Source: Cyanophora paradoxa CCMP329
Taxonomy: Eukaryota; Plantae; Glaucophyta
Assembly (NCBI GenBank): GCA_004431415.1
Contig: QPMI01000007.1
Span: 1 to 64,000 of the forward strand
Direction: 5' to 3'
Length of the DNA: 64,000 nucleotides
Shown: piece by piece, positions 1-13,064 of the stretch
Position numbering within the stretch: the stretch's first letter is position 1
Layout: each line of letters opens with the position of its first letter
Notes under the pieces: generated by a model
Seen by the model: only the letters and a program-made list of their open reading frames with translations
What the model was told of the DNA's origin: nothing
Databases searched by the model: none
Translations under genes and position numbers: made by a program

Positions 1-1009
1 TCGAACACGGGCTCCCAGCCCATGCCCTACTACGCCGGTGAGCGCGTACCCCCCCTGCGGGCGTGCGCTCGGCATCACGATCCGGCCTGACGCCTTCGGA
101 TCCGCAGGGCACCACTTCTACTTCGCTGTGAAGTCGGCGGAGCGCGGGAACTGGACGCTGCAGCTGCCCTTCGACCACAGCGTACCCCCCGCCCGCACCT
201 CCGGGCTCCTGTACGCCGTGACGCCCCCCGCAGGGCCGCCAGAACGCGGACGGCTCCGTCTCCTTCGGCGCTCTCGCCGAGAAGGTCCCGTACCCCCTCT
301 CTGCTCCGGAATTCTCGTACCCCTCGCCCTTCCGCCCCGCCTCACGTCGCCCCGCCTCAGGACCGGCGCACGACCTTCGCTGACCCCGCAATCAACGACC
401 GGTGCGTACCCCCGCTGCTCGGAGCTCTGTACCCTCCTGACGTCATGCTCCATCGCCAGGTACCACCTCAACGACCCGAAGGTGGCGTATCCTCCCGCTG
501 CTCCACCTTTCCTCCGAGCCGACGCGTACCCCGCCTCAGTCCGCGAAGGAGGGGCTCGTCGAGGGCGCCAAGGTGCAGGGGGCTCCGTACCCCCCTTCCC
601 CTCCCCCTTCCCTGACTCCCGCTCAGGTGACATTCGAGAACGCCGCTCTGAAGCGCCGCATCATCGTCGCCAACGGTCCCATCGCCGGCTCCCCGCTCCG
701 CCACACCGCGCCCTGGTACCCCCCTCCACTTCTTGCCCCTCCCGGGTTCGCTTCCTCGCTCAGAAACCTGTACCCAGGTACGCCGTGACCACGTGGACCG
801 AGAAGCCCGAGAGCGACTTCTACTGCGTCGAGCCGGTACCCCCCCGCCCCGCCGTCGATCCTGTACCCCGATCGCTGAAGGACGTTCCCCTCCCCCCGGC
901 GCAGTGGCTGGGCCTGCCGAACGCGATCCACCACGGGCACGGCCTGCGGAGGCTGGCGCCGGGGGCCTCCGAGGCGGCCGTCTGCCACATCCGCTTCGAG
1001 GCGCTCTAG
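1..1009 (+). CDS. Aldose 1-epimerase / galactose mutarotase-like protein, 3' part (5' end outside window), about 8 exons
   Basis: Hand-spliced via GT-AG introns: SNTGSQPMPYYAGHHFYF...GRQNADGS...APWYAVTTWTEKPESDFYCVEPWLGLPNAIHHGHGLRRLAPG...FEAL*. It contains the family motifs N.G...MP...G.H.YF and F.CVEPW. Stop TAG at 1007-1009. Confidence 0.85.
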   Translation, partial: RTRAPSPCPTTPVSAYPPCGRALGITIRPDAFGSAGHHFYFAVKSAERGNWTLQLPFDHSVPPARTSGLLYAVTPPAGPPERGRLRLLRRSRREGPVPPLCSGILVPLALPPRLTSPRLRTGARPSLTPQSTTGAYPRCSELCTLLTSCSIARYHLNDPKVAYPPAAPPFLRADAYPASVREGGARRGRQGAGGSVPPFPSPFPDSRSGDIRERRSEAPHHRRQRSHRRLPAPPHRALVPPSTSCPSRVRFLAQKPVPRYAVTTWTEKPESDFYCVEPVPPRPAVDPVPRSLKDVPLPPAQWLGLPNAIHHGHGLRRLAPGASEAAVCHIRFEAL

Positions 1010-1225
1010 ATATAGAGGAATCGAAGCCCAGGAGCATGTAGCTAAATAGGCCCCTGGCCGTGAGACAGAACAGGACTGGCCTTGCCCGTTGAGCTGCGCC
1101 CCCGCTCCCCTCCCTGCCCCGCGGCCTTGCCCTGCACACTGCACATTGCACATCTCTTCATTGCACAGCGCCAGCGCTGGCTGCTGTAGCAGACAGTCAC
1201 CACCGGCAAGCCGGGCGGCTCCACT

Positions 1226-1808
1226 TCACTTGGCCGCCTCTGCGGGGGTCTTCGTCTGCGGGCGTCCGGATTCCCTGCGTCAGTGCTCGTGCGCTGCGGC
1301 GAGACAGCATGGCAGGCGGCCTGACAGTGCCGCAGTGCACCTTGAGGGCAAGCGCGTGAAGGCCGGCCTTGAACTCGTCCTGCGCGTCGCCGCGGACGCG
1401 TCAGACCGAGCGCGAGGCGAGCGGCGGGCGGGGCGGGGCGGGCGGCCGCCTGCAGCAGGTCGTAGATCATGCGGTGCCGCTGGACGAGGGGCTTTCCCTC
1501 GAAGGCCGCGGACACGACCTCCACTTCGAAGTGCGTCTCCTTCGGGTCCCCGCCCAGCGCCTGCATGGCGCGTGCTTCGCGTGCTTGTGGCTGTCGTCCT
1601 TGATGTTCAAGACCGTCGGCGAGAGCCCTCTGTGATCTGCGGCGGTTCGTCGCGCGTGAGCAGCGATCCACGCGCGACAGCGGCCAGCAAGCGCGTACGC
1701 ACACTCGCGCACCTTCCTGCGCATCGCGTCTTGTACCGGACCCATCTGGTGTGCCGCTCGTCCTGCTGAGCTCGCTAGCCTGCGCAAACCCAACGCCGAA
1801 GCCAGCAT
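1226..1808 (-). CDS. BolA-family protein (BolA1-like, probable mitochondrial presequence), with an apparent 1-nt frameshift near 1580
   Basis: MLASALGLRRLASS...LNIKDDSHKHAKH/AMQALGGDPKETHFEVEVVSAAFEGKPLVQRHRMIYDLL|EFKAGLHALALK|TKTPAEAAK* gives the BolA motifs ETHF, F.G...V.RHR.IY and LHAL. ATG at 1808, TGA at 1226-1228. Confidence 0.9.
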
Positions 1809-1953
1809 GCGTCTAGCGCCGGCGGTCCGCTGTCGCTGCACGTCCTCGACGAATGTACGCGGGTACCCGTCTGCGAGCAGCGAGTCAGCGACTCGGTCGC
1901 AAGCGATCCGCGCACCGCGAAGCGAGCTCGAAGCGCACCGTGTCACCGTAGCA

Positions 1954-4900
1954 ATGCACCTGACAGTGCAGCGCGTCAGGACGTGTCCCGCGGGCGGCGG
2001 GAATGGCGGTAGACGTTCGAGCGCAGGCGCGCGTCGTCCTGGACGACGGCGTGACCGGCGCGGCGCCGTCCTGGAGAGGCTCGTCGATCTGGACGGCTTC
2101 GACGACCTGCAGAAGGTCCGGGGGTGCTGCGCGGCCGCTCAACCAGTTTCGACTCAATCCTCATGCGCAGGACGATATTCGCCTCTTTTCGATGGATGGC
2201 TCAGAGATCCGCGACCTGCGGGCGCTCCGGCCGGACGAGGACGTGCTCATTCTCGCCGACGATAACCAAATCGTTCCAGCCCTGAGGGCCGGAGCATTTC
2301 TCGCCGCGCGCAATCGGGTGCTGAGGTACAATATCTTGCAGCAACCGCGTCTTCCTCTCCATTCTGATCACGGCTCGCCGCGCAGGTCCGGGCTTGAGGA
2401 ACACGGCCGCGTTGCGCACGCGGTCCCGCCGCGCGAACTCGATAGCGCGTTCGCGCGGTGCTCGGACGGCTCGTATCGCCTTTCCTCGCTCTCTTCCCGG
2501 CTCTTCCTCTCTGCACCTCCCACGCCCCGCGCGGCCTCCCCTCGCGCCTCGGACTCACCGGCCCCGCCGAGGCGCGTAAGGGTCTCCTCGCCGCGCCGCT
2601 GGCCCTCGGCGACGCTGCGGACGTCGTTGCGAGCTCCTCTGCCTCGGAGCCCGACGAGTACGACGGCAGCGCCAGCCCCGCGGTCGAGATCGACTCGGCA
2701 TTCGAGGACGACGAAGAAGAAGCAGAGGGGTGCGAACCTTCAGTGGCGCCGCCGGCAAGATCTGATTCTTGCGTTCCGCAGGCCGGCGCAGGAGCCTCGG
2801 ACAGCTTCGCATGCGGCCCGCCGCGGCGGCCGAGGCGCGGGGAGCTCGAGGGCGCCGGGGCGCGGCCGCGGGCAGAACCGGCTGCGCGGGCGCTCCCACG
2901 TGGCCCGCAGGGCAGGCCCGGCTTCCCCGCGGGTCCGTGCCGATCCGCCGCCGGACGAAGACCGGCCGCAGCCGCAGCCGCAGCGGGCGCGCGCCCGCTC
3001 GCGCGACCCGCAGCCGCGGGCAGCCGTCGAAGCGCGGGCGCGGCGGCGGCGGCGGCGGCGGGACGGAGGCGGCGGCCGCGGGATCGAGCGCCGCTCGCGT
3101 GCGACTGCGCACAGAGCGCGTGGGAGCCACGGGCGTGCCCTTCGCCACGGCCCCCGTGTCGCCCCCGTGTCGTCCCCCGGCTCCGCCCCGCGGCCGTGGC
3201 CGCGGCCTCCCCTCGCCGCGGCCGCTCCGCGTCGGCCGCCGAGGCCAAGGCCCGGCCGCAGCGCCCGCCCCCGCGGCCGCCGCCGACCGCCCCGCCGCCG
3301 CGGCAGCGCCAGCGCCGGCCGCGCGCCCTCGCGATCGGGAGGGCGTTGAGAAGGCGCGGAGCCCTCCGCCCAGCCCCGACGTCGACTCCAGCGGTGCGGA
3401 CCGCGCCCTCGACCGCCCCTCTGATCCTCTGACGCCCTCGCAGGGACTCGACGTCGACGTCGACTTCGACGCCGGCCTCGGGCGGCTCGAGCGCCCTCTC
3501 CTCGGCGGGCCCGCGCCGCGCCGCACTCCGCCCCTCCACGAGCGCCGCGCCTGGTACCCGCCCCCGCCTCCGCTTCCCGAACGCCAAGTTTGAGCGGCCC
3601 CGGACTCGGCCCCCGCCCTCCGCCCCGCAGGTACTTTTCCTTCTACCGCTTCTGGATCGTGCGGGGCCGCCCCGTGGCGGCGTACCCCGTGGCGGGGGGG
3701 CGCCCCGTCGACCTCTACGGCCTCTCCTGCAAGGCGAGTTCTATGACTAATTTCGATGACTTGAGTTCGGCCTCTGGTTTCTGACGATCTTACGTTTAAA
3801 GCATCTGAAGCTCTTAAGCTTAAGTTTGATGATTCATTGCGATCTTAAGCTCGCTCTGGAGTTCGGCCCTGGTTTCTGACGATGGGCGCTGCGCGCGGGG
3901 CAGGTCACCGCGGCGAGGCAGCAGGGCGCGCTGGTCCGCCCCCCACCCCCCCCCCCCCCCCCAACCCCCCACCCCCCCCACCCCCACCCCCCCCACCCCC
4001 CACCCATCCCCCTGCCCCCCTCCTTCCCCCCACTCCTTCCCCCTCCCCCTCTCCTCCTTCCCCCCTCCTTCCCCCTCCCCCCTCCGCCCGCCCCCACCTC
4101 CTTCCCCCCCCCCCCCTCCCCCCTCCCCCCCCCCCCCCCCCCCCCGACCACCCTTCTGGCTCCCTGGTCCGCCTCCAACCTCACTCAACGCCAGCTGAAC
4201 CCCCTTGCGCAGAGCTGGGACCGGCTGGCGTCGGAGATGATGGCTGCACCCCCGCGGAGGGCGCGCGGGGCCGCAGCGGCGCACAGGGCGCCAAGCAGGG
4301 GCCGGGGCTGGGTGCGCCCCCCCCCCCCCCCCCCCCCCCCCTCCCCCCTCCCTCCGTTCTGAAGGCCGCGCCGCCTCGCCAGCGTGGGCGGCGCGGGCGC
4401 TGAAGGCGGCCTTCGAGCGCTGGGTCGAGCCGTACGAGGCCGAGCGCGCCCGCGGCGGCGTCCCGCCCCCGACCACCGCCGAGGTAGCCAAGTGAAGTTA
4501 GTATGCACTGCACGCGTTCCGAGATTTGATCCGCGCCCGGCAGATGGCGGAGGACCCGACGAGGGACCACTTCATCGTCTGCTGCGCCTGCGGGCACCGC
4601 CACGGCCCGCCGGCCCCGCCGCCGACGCCGGCCCCGCGCCCCGCCGCCACCCGATCCTCCCCGCGCCGCGCCTCCGCCGCCGCCGCCGCCGCCTCCGCCG
4701 CCTCCGCCGCCTCCGCCGCCGCCGCTGCCTCCGGGTCGCCTTCGGCCCAAGTCCCCGCCAGCCCGCGGCGCCTCGTGGGGTGCCGGAGCTGCACGGAGAA
4801 AGGCTCAGTCGACGTCGAGGTCCCCGCCGGGCCCGGCCCCGACCGCGAGGTAGCCTTCTGATCTGATCTGATCTGAGATCGCTCCGCCTCTTTGATCGGG

Positions 4901-5238
4901 GGCTCTGCTAAGCGGCCCCCGCAGGTGCACTCGATCCGGGAGGTGCAGTGCAGCACGTGCTTCGTCTGGCTCCACGCGGTCCGCCCGCGACCCGCGCCCA
5001 GGCGCCCGCCCGCCTCCGCTCTCTGATCATGAATTTGATCCGTCCGTCATCGCAGCCGTGCGCGGTGGAGGCGGGCCTCGTCACGCGCGGGCGCCTAGCG
5101 CACATCGCCGCCGCCGGGCCCGGCAGGTCCGACGCCGATTCAAATTCAAAATTAAGAAGCTGACTTCATTTGATCCGGGAACCGCGCAGCGGAGTGGAGG
5201 GCGACTTCCGGTGCGGCGCGTGTCAGGCTGCCAGCTAG
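1954..5238 (+). CDS. Chromatin protein with an ARID/BRIGHT domain, a C-terminal PHD finger and a possible N-terminal ubiquitin-like (KHA/DCX-like) module
   Basis: ARID-like: FYRFWIVRGRPVAAYPVAGGRPVDLYGL...LKAAFERWVEPYE (about 3630-4440). PHD-like: IVCCACG...EVQCSTCFVWLHA|PCA...DFRCGAC* (4575-5238). N-terminal exon: IRLFSMDGSEIRDLRALRPDEDVLIL. The internal exon structure is uncertain. Confidence 0.65.
3939..4150 (+). repeat. Poly-C / C-rich low-complexity tract in an intron of the ARID gene
   Basis: Long C runs interrupted by single A or T bases. Confidence 0.9.
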
Positions 5239-5773
5239 CTCCGGGCCTCTGGCGCTGGCATGCCGCTGGGCCCCAACCCTGTTCCGTATCTAATATCAAG
5301 AGGGGGTAGCCCGATGTGAGAGCAGCGGGGCGGGGGTAGGGGGCAACATGCTGGGGGATAGGGGTACCCCGGTATAGCCTGGGGGTACAGCCGGCACTGC
5401 GGCATGCGCATGCGCAAGTTCCGGACCCAACGCTGGATCTCCTGGCCTCGTGCTTCGACCGCGCACGAGCTCGAGCGCGGCAAGTTGCCGCGGCCGCCGC
5501 ACCGAAGTTGCTGGCTCTTGGGGGGTACAGTCGCAATTGAGTCAGGCGAGCGCAGCGGACAATCGGCTCATGCATTCCTTGCAGCGACCGGCTACAGCGC
5601 TAGCGTGTCACAGGATCGATCGCAGCCGTGCCGCTGCGGCGCTGGTGTTCTCCGCTGCCGCCTGAGCGCTCGCTTTCAGGGAGTCGCCCGCAGCTTGAGA
5701 GCACCGCAAGCATCAAGCGCTTCAAGAGCAGCCTGAGCGGCGGACGAGCGCCGGGGGCGATCCGCGGCCCCCG

Positions 5774-8700
5774 ATGGCGCTCCCACCGCCTTCGGACGGT
5801 GCGGCAGGCGGGGCGGGCGTCAGTGACAGGAGCGCGGACGATGAACGCATCGCGGAGCTCATTCGCTTGAAGCCGGCCGAGCGGACGGGGTTCTTCGGCG
5901 GGGACGTGAGCGCGCAGCAGTACTTTGAGGTGTGCACGCTTCGCCCCACACGTGCCGGCGACGCGGCCGCTGTCATCTGGCGGCGTGCCGCTGTGTCTCT
6001 CGGTCCGTGCGCTCACGATCCTACCGCAGGAGACGGTCGCGTTCCTGCTGGAGCGCGAGCACTGGTACTGCCGGTTCCCCTCGCTGGCGCGCGAGCTCGT
6101 CTACCTGTACTGCTGGATCGGCAATGCGGAGGTGGACAAGGTCTTCGCGGAGATTGCTTCCCAACTCTCGCGCTGCACGACCTGGTTCGAATTTGATCGC
6201 ACGCGCGCGCAGCTGCAGCGCCCGCGCGCGCGCGGGGCTGACCCCTGCGCAGCGTCGACGTGTACCAGAGCAGCCAGGCGGAGAAGCAGGCGGCGCTGCT
6301 CGAGGATTTCGAAGAGGGCCAGGTCCAGAAGTTCTTCGCGGACCTCGCCAAGTACGACGAGCAGCGGCTCCTCAGCGAGCTCGGGCGCGCGGACGACAGC
6401 GCCCACGTGCGGCTCGACGAGCTCGACGAAGCCGCGCGGCAGCGCCTCTCCACCGCACTGTACGAGAGCGTCGCGTACCCGACCGCCCTCCTCGGCTCGC
6501 CCGCCCTCTACCGCGCCGTGGGCGCCGTGCGTCCGCTTGCCTCGAGCTCTGGGCCGCGGTCGTCGCCGCCGCTGATCGCGACCGCCGCGCCGCAGTGGGG
6601 CAAGAAGAGCCAGGTCGAGAGCGTGCCGCTGACGATCCAGGGCGGGCGCCCGCTCCCGGGCCTGCTGCTGCTCCTGGTGCACCCAGACGTGGTCGTGCGG
6701 GCGTGGGCCGATGCGACTCTCGAGGAGGCCGACCCGCCGCCGACTGGTTCCGAGCAGCTCGACGCTTACGAAGACGCTATGGACTTTCTGCTCGCTACTG
6801 TGCGTCGATCTGTGCGCTTTTTCCCTCCTCCTATGCACCCACTGCACTGCAGATGTCCTCGGATCGGTTCTGGGTGCACCGCCACGGGCAGGCGGGGGCG
6901 GGCCCGGCCCCCGACGCGGAGTGGCCGCTGGCGCGCTGCGAGTTCTGGGCGGGCTTCCCGTCGGTCCTGCGGCGCTTCGACGCGGCCGCCGTCGAGCGGC
7001 TCCTGTCGCGCCACGGCGCGCTTGTTGACATGGCGTCCCGCGCCGTCCGGGGCGACCTCTTCTGGAGCGCGGCGCGCATCCTCAGGATCCTGCTGTCCGC
7101 CGCCCGCGCCGCCACGTGGGCCCAGGCCGGCATCCGCCCGCGGCTGCTCGTGTCCCTGCTCGTCGAGCGGTGCGAGCAGCCCGGCTGCGAGGCCGCCGTC
7201 CAGAACGCGTGCATGGACCTGCTCCCCATCGTCGTGTCCTCCATCTCGGCCCGCCCTTCCTTCCGCCATCGCCTTGCGTTTCCTTCCCGTCTGACGCTGC
7301 GCAGGACGGCGAGCGCGGCGAGCGCCGGCAGCAGCGCGCCGCGGCCCTCCGCTTCCTTCTCGTCAACGGGCCTTCGGCCGCCTTCCCCTCCCCCCTCCAA
7401 CGCGTGCGCTGTCCTCCGCCCTCTGCGGCGACGCGCGCCTTCTGAATGCAGCGAATCGCAGACGCATGCGCTCAGAGTCGCGCTGCGCCTGCTGCGCGCG
7501 GGGATCGACGACGACATCTTGGATCCGGACGAGGACGAGGACGAAGCCGGTCCGCTCTTTACCATCGCGGCTGTGTCTTCTGCAGCTGACGGATCGCCGC
7601 AGAGACAGCGGCGGCCGAGGTGGAGCACGTGGCGTGGTGCGGGCCCCTCGTCAAGTTGACCTGCTCGCTGGGGAGCCCTCTGGAGCCGAAGGAGCTGGAG
7701 CAGGCCACGGACTTCCTCGCCGCCACTTTCGCGAGCGACGGCACCGCTCTGCTCTCGGTCCGCCGCTCTCTGTCTCTTTTGCGACGTCGACGTCGATCCG
7801 CACCGCGGGCAGGCGGCGCTCGCGGCGGCGCGCGGGGAGGAGCAGCGGAAGCCGCGGCTCCACTGGGCGGCGTGGGAGGCGCTCTGCGGCCCGCACCCCC
7901 TCGTCGTGCACGTCGACGGCGTCCACCCCAAGATCCTCCTGGCGGTCGTCCGCGCCGTCAGCGCCTCCGCGGCCCTCTCGCCCGCGGACGCCGCCGCGGC
8001 GGAGGCGCTGGAGGCGGCGAGGGGCTGCGCCGCGCGGCTGCTCTCGGCGGTGGCCGCGCGCCGGAGCGACGTCGCCCTCGATCCGCTGTTCCGGGACCCG
8101 TCGGGCTGCCTCGTCGCCCTCTTCGCCGGGGCGCACGGCGGGTGCCGCGAGGCCGTCTCGAGCGTCCTCCTCGCCCGCCACCCGAACGACGTCGGCTCCC
8201 TCGCGGCCCTCCGCGCCTACGCCTCCGCCCAGCCCGCCGCCGTCCGGGCCGGCCTCGTTGCCGCCGTCGAGGGCGCGGCGCGGGCGGGCCCCGTCAACGC
8301 GGCCCGCTCGCTCCGCTCGCTCTTCCTGGCGCTACAGCACGCGCTCCCCGGCCTCCCCGATCTGGAGACCTCCGGCGAGCTGCTGCTCAAGGCCGCGTGG
8401 CGCCTGGCCATGGAGTGCCTGGCCTGCGCCGCCTCCCTTCGGGCTGCCGCCCCTGGCGCGGTCCGCTCGACGCCTTTTTACCTCCGGTTCGAGAATGCTG
8501 ACCGGGGCGCAGTACGAGCCGGTCACCGTGGCGCTCCTGGAAGGTCTCCGCGAGGTGCTGGCGGCCGCGTCCCGCGCCGAGGCCTCTCCCCTCCTCGGCG
8601 ACCTGGCGGCCTCCTTCCCGCGCTGGTGCCCACCGCCGACCAATCTCTGCCGCTGGCTCCGCTTTCTAATGCGCGTGCGCAGGGCGGCTCCGCTCGCGCG

Positions 8701-11700
8701 GCTCGGCGTGCAGGATTCGCAGCCGGCCATCCGGCGCCGCTGGGCCACTGTCTTCGCCGATGCCCTGGAACTCGCCGCGCGCTCCTTGCCGGGCCCCCTC
8801 GCCCTGCCCGACCCCGAGGTGCTCTTCCCGCGGCCGCCCGCCTCGCCTCCCGCCTCTGATCGGCGCGCGCGCCCGCGCAGCTCGTGCCGCCGATCGCGGA
8901 GCTCGTCCGCAGCAGCGGCGGGCCGGCGGACGTGCTGTCGGACGAGCAGAAGTACAGACTCGCGGAGCTGCTGCCGGCCGTGGCGGAGGCGGCCCGCGCC
9001 CCGCCTTCCTGGGCCAACTGGCCCTCCCGCGGCAGCCCGGCGCCGCAGCCGCCCGGCCCCGCCCCGCCGGCTCTTCCGCCCAGCAGCGCCGCCGTGCAGC
9101 CGGCCCCGCCTCCGTCCCGCATCGCTCCGCCGCCTATCCCTCGGGAAATTATCGACCTGACCGAAGACGACGACGAAGAGGGCGTCGTCGATCCCCCGCC
9201 CCCGCCTCGCCCGGCCCCTCCACCCGCGGCCGCTCCTGCTGTCCCCCGCGCCACGCCCGCTCCAGCTCCGTCGAAGCCCTTGTACCCCGTCTTTCGCGTC
9301 CGGCCCGCGGATCAGGCGGGCGCTGCGCCACCGGCGCCTTCGGGCACTGCGCCGTCGAAGCCCGCGGCCGCCGTCAACAACACCTTTCCTCCTCCCAGAA
9401 TCTTCGTTCCTCCCGCACCCGCGCCCACTGCGCCTTCGGCGTCCAAGCCACCTGCACCCCCACACCCTCCCCCCGCTCGCGCGCCGCCGAACCTCCCACG
9501 GCCTTCCCCTCCGGCGGCCTCGGCCCCCCGCCCCGTCGCCCAAGCCAGCTCCTCCTCGTCCGCAGCGACGCAGCCGCACGACTCGCGCGCCGGCCTTCCA
9601 GCAGGACGCAGCGAGGCCGCCCACCCCGCGCCGCCGGCGCGGGCCGCCTTCAACCTCAGCGACGTCATCGCCGACACAGTCGCGCTGGCGTCTTCCATCC
9701 CCCCCGCACCGCCGCGAGATCGTCCTCCGCCGCCGCCCCGAGCGCCGCCGCCAGCGCCGGCGCCGCAGCGCGATCCGTCGGCCGCGGCCGCGGCGAGAAA
9801 GAGGACGCCGTCGCCGGAGTCCCGCAGGGCCGACACGGCGTCACCGGAGCCCTGGATCAGCCCGGCACCGGCGCCGCAGCCCGCCAACGATCGCGAGCAC
9901 CAGACTGCGCAGCCGTTCGTCCGGGGCAGCTCGCCCGGCGCGCAGCAAGCCGCAGCGAGGGGCCCACTCCGCCGCCGGAGATGGAGGAGGGTGAGTGGGC
10001 GGAGGACGCGGAGGCCGAAGCTGAGGCTGCGAAGCACCGGGCGCGCGCCAGGGAGCTCGCGGCGGCCGCCGTCCGAAAGCCGGACCGCCGTCCAGCGAAG
10101 GTCGCCGTGGGATGGTGTTCGACGCTCTCGCCCGTCACTGAGAATTCTTCATGCGCAGATGATGAATTTGGAGGAGGTGGGCGTGCGGCAAACCGACCTG
10201 CAGTCGGCGCGGCACTCGCGGCTGGATCAGGAGCGCGACGTGGCGAGCCGGCTCAAGCCGACCCTCGACACCCTCCACCGCACCGTTCTCTCCTGGGGTC
10301 TCAGCGAGATCCGACAAGTGCGGTTTCTTCAATTTCTTTGCCGGCTTCGCCTTGACGCGAGCGTCGACGTCGACATCGCAGGAGGCGCCCGTGCAGCCGC
10401 TGAAGCCCGTTCCCCGGTCCTTTCCCTCCGTCGATGCCTACTGCTCCGGTGCGGCGTTAACGTTCTAGATCTCTAAATCTGTGAAGCTCTGCTCTTCTGC
10501 TCTCTTTCTGAACGCGTGTGGCAGTGCTGGAGCCGCTGCTGCTGGAGGAGGTGCGGGCACAGCTGCAGACCGCCGAGCGGGAGGGCGACGACGGGGACGG
10601 CGCCGCCCTGCAGGCCAAGCTCCGCTCGTGCGCCCGCCCGGCCGCTCGCCCATTAACGTTGCTTCTCGCGGCACGCTCACAATGGGGTCGCAGCGTGGAT
10701 CGAGTGGACAGCTTCCACTTCGCGACGCTCCAGCTGCGGACCGTGCCGCAAGGGTCGGCTTCCCTCACGGACCACGACGTCGTTCTCTTGACGGAGGACA
10801 CCGCCGCGGCGAGAGACGACGCCCCTCACGTGCTTGGCAAGGCGCGCCGAAGTACTCTCAGCGTTTTTGAGCGCGCGCGCGTTTTTAAGCGCGCGCTCGG
10901 CTTTGAGCGGGCGTGCCGGCAGCTCTCTTTGAGCAAATTCTCGGCTCACGCGCTTCGCAGGTCGAGAGGGTGGAGCTCCCAGCGAACCCCGCGGGCGGGC
11001 GCGGGCCGCGGGCGGACCCGCGGGCAGTGCGCCTGAAGCTCTACCTGGACCGCTCCGGCTACGGCGTGGATCGCCGGCAGGTCATGCTGCAGCGGCTGCG
11101 GGTGGACAGCCGGTGGCGCCTGCGCAAGCTGCACAACCTCGTGACCGTGCACCGGGAGTACCAGGCCCTCCTCTCTGCTCGCCACCTCACCCTCCTGCCC
11201 CACGTATGTTTTCTCCGCGCCCCTGCCTGCATGCTTAGTTTCTAAAATCCTCTCTCAGATTCTCGACCCCGCAAAGCATCCACCCGTCTTGTCTCCTGTG
11301 CGCGTATCCCACACCCCGTTTTCCCTTCCCTCGGCGCTGATCCCGCATGACGCCGCGGCCGTAGCCTCCGGCGGCCGGATCGGCGAGCATTCTTCCGCCC
11401 CGTTCCGAAACCAGATCGACAAGGAGTTCAACGAGTCGCAAAGGCGGGCGATCTTGCACGTCGGCACGAGTCTCTCGAGGGGCTTCTGCCTGCTGCAGGC
11501 GAGCGAGCCGTGCCTTCTTCTCTGCCGTCGCTTTCGTCTGACTTGCTCTGCCGTGCAGGGGCCGCCTGGTACCGGGAAGACGCGGACGGTGGTCGCTGTC
11601 ATCAGCGCCCTCCTGATGCGCGCCGCGGCGCAGCGGGTCGGCCCGAACGCCGCCCCTGCAGCAGTGGCAGCCGCCATGCTGCCGGCGCCCGACCTGTCGA

Positions 11701-13030
11701 ACCCTGACATGGCCCGCACCGAGTCGCTCCCCCGCTTCGGGGCGTCCCAGAGCGGGCCGGCGGCTCGAATCCTGGTTCGCCCCCTGACCGCCCGCCGCCT
11801 TCGACGACGTCGACGCTCAACTTCGTGCGCCAGGTCTGCGCGCCGTCGAACGCGGCCATCGACGAGCTCGTCTCTCGGCTGTGCGCGGGGCTTCCGGGCC
11901 CGGACGGGAAGAACCTCGTCCCGCCCCGCGGAACCGTCATCCGCCTGGTCCGCTGCTCCCTGCTGCTCGCTTCATTTTCGTTCCCTGATCGCGGTACGCA
12001 GGGAGTGCCGCAGGGGGGCTCCCCAGGGCCAGTGCACATCGAAACGCTGGTCGAGGAAGCTATCAGCGGCACAGCCGCGCAGTCCTCTACCGAGGGCATG
12101 CCGAGTGCGTGTCTCTCTTCTTCCGTTCGCTCTGTTGTCTGAAGCTTCGTTCAGGCGTGGAGCAGCTGGAGATGGAACTGGCCGCGGCGCAAGAAGCTTT
12201 CTCGGCCGACATTGCCCTCCTCCAGCGTCTGAACGAAGCGCTGGTTCGACTTCGCGTTTTCTAAATCTGCTATCTTTATCAACGGCGGCGCAGGCCGGGC
12301 CCGGGAACGCCGCGCCGCCCGAATTGACTGCGGAGGAGAAAACCGATGACACGCTTGGCCGCCAGGGCGACAACAAGCAGCTGCTGCCGATGTCCGAGCG
12401 CGCGGCGGCGTGCAGGAGGCGGCTGGACTCGACGCGGGCGCACAAGGAGCAGGTCTGGAACGCCCTGAAGACCGTGCAGGACGCGCAGCGCCGCTCCCGC
12501 GACGCGATCGAGATGGGGCGCCGCGCGGTGCGCGCTGCCCCTCTTCAGCCTTCGATTTCGATGAGGCTGATTTGATTTGTGTGCAGGTGAGGAGGCGCGT
12601 CCTTCGGGGCGCCGCCGTCGTGTGCGCGACCCTCAGCGGGAGCGCCATCGACGCCCTCCTGGAGCTGCCGGTGCCCGCGCCCGAGCCCGCCGCCCTCCTC
12701 CGTTGAATGTTTCTTCTTCGGCCTGACTCTCGTTGGAGGGCGTCTCGTTCACGGCGTGCGTGATCGACGAGGCGGCGCAGAGCGTGGAGCCCTCCTCGCT
12801 GATCCCCCTCAAGTACTCCCCCGCCATGGCCGTCCTCGTGCGCCCCGGGGGCCCGCCCCGCCCCGCCCCGCCTTCAAAATTCAAGAGCAGCTTCTCATAA
12901 CTTCTTAAATCCATTATACTATATTATAGACAAGAGATGTAGAAGAAGTGATACGATTCGCCGTTCCCGCCACTCCCCTCCCCCTTCGCCCCGCCCCGCC
13001 CGCCCCGCCCCGCCCCCCCCCCCCCCCCCG

Positions 13031-13064
<34 letters not shown>

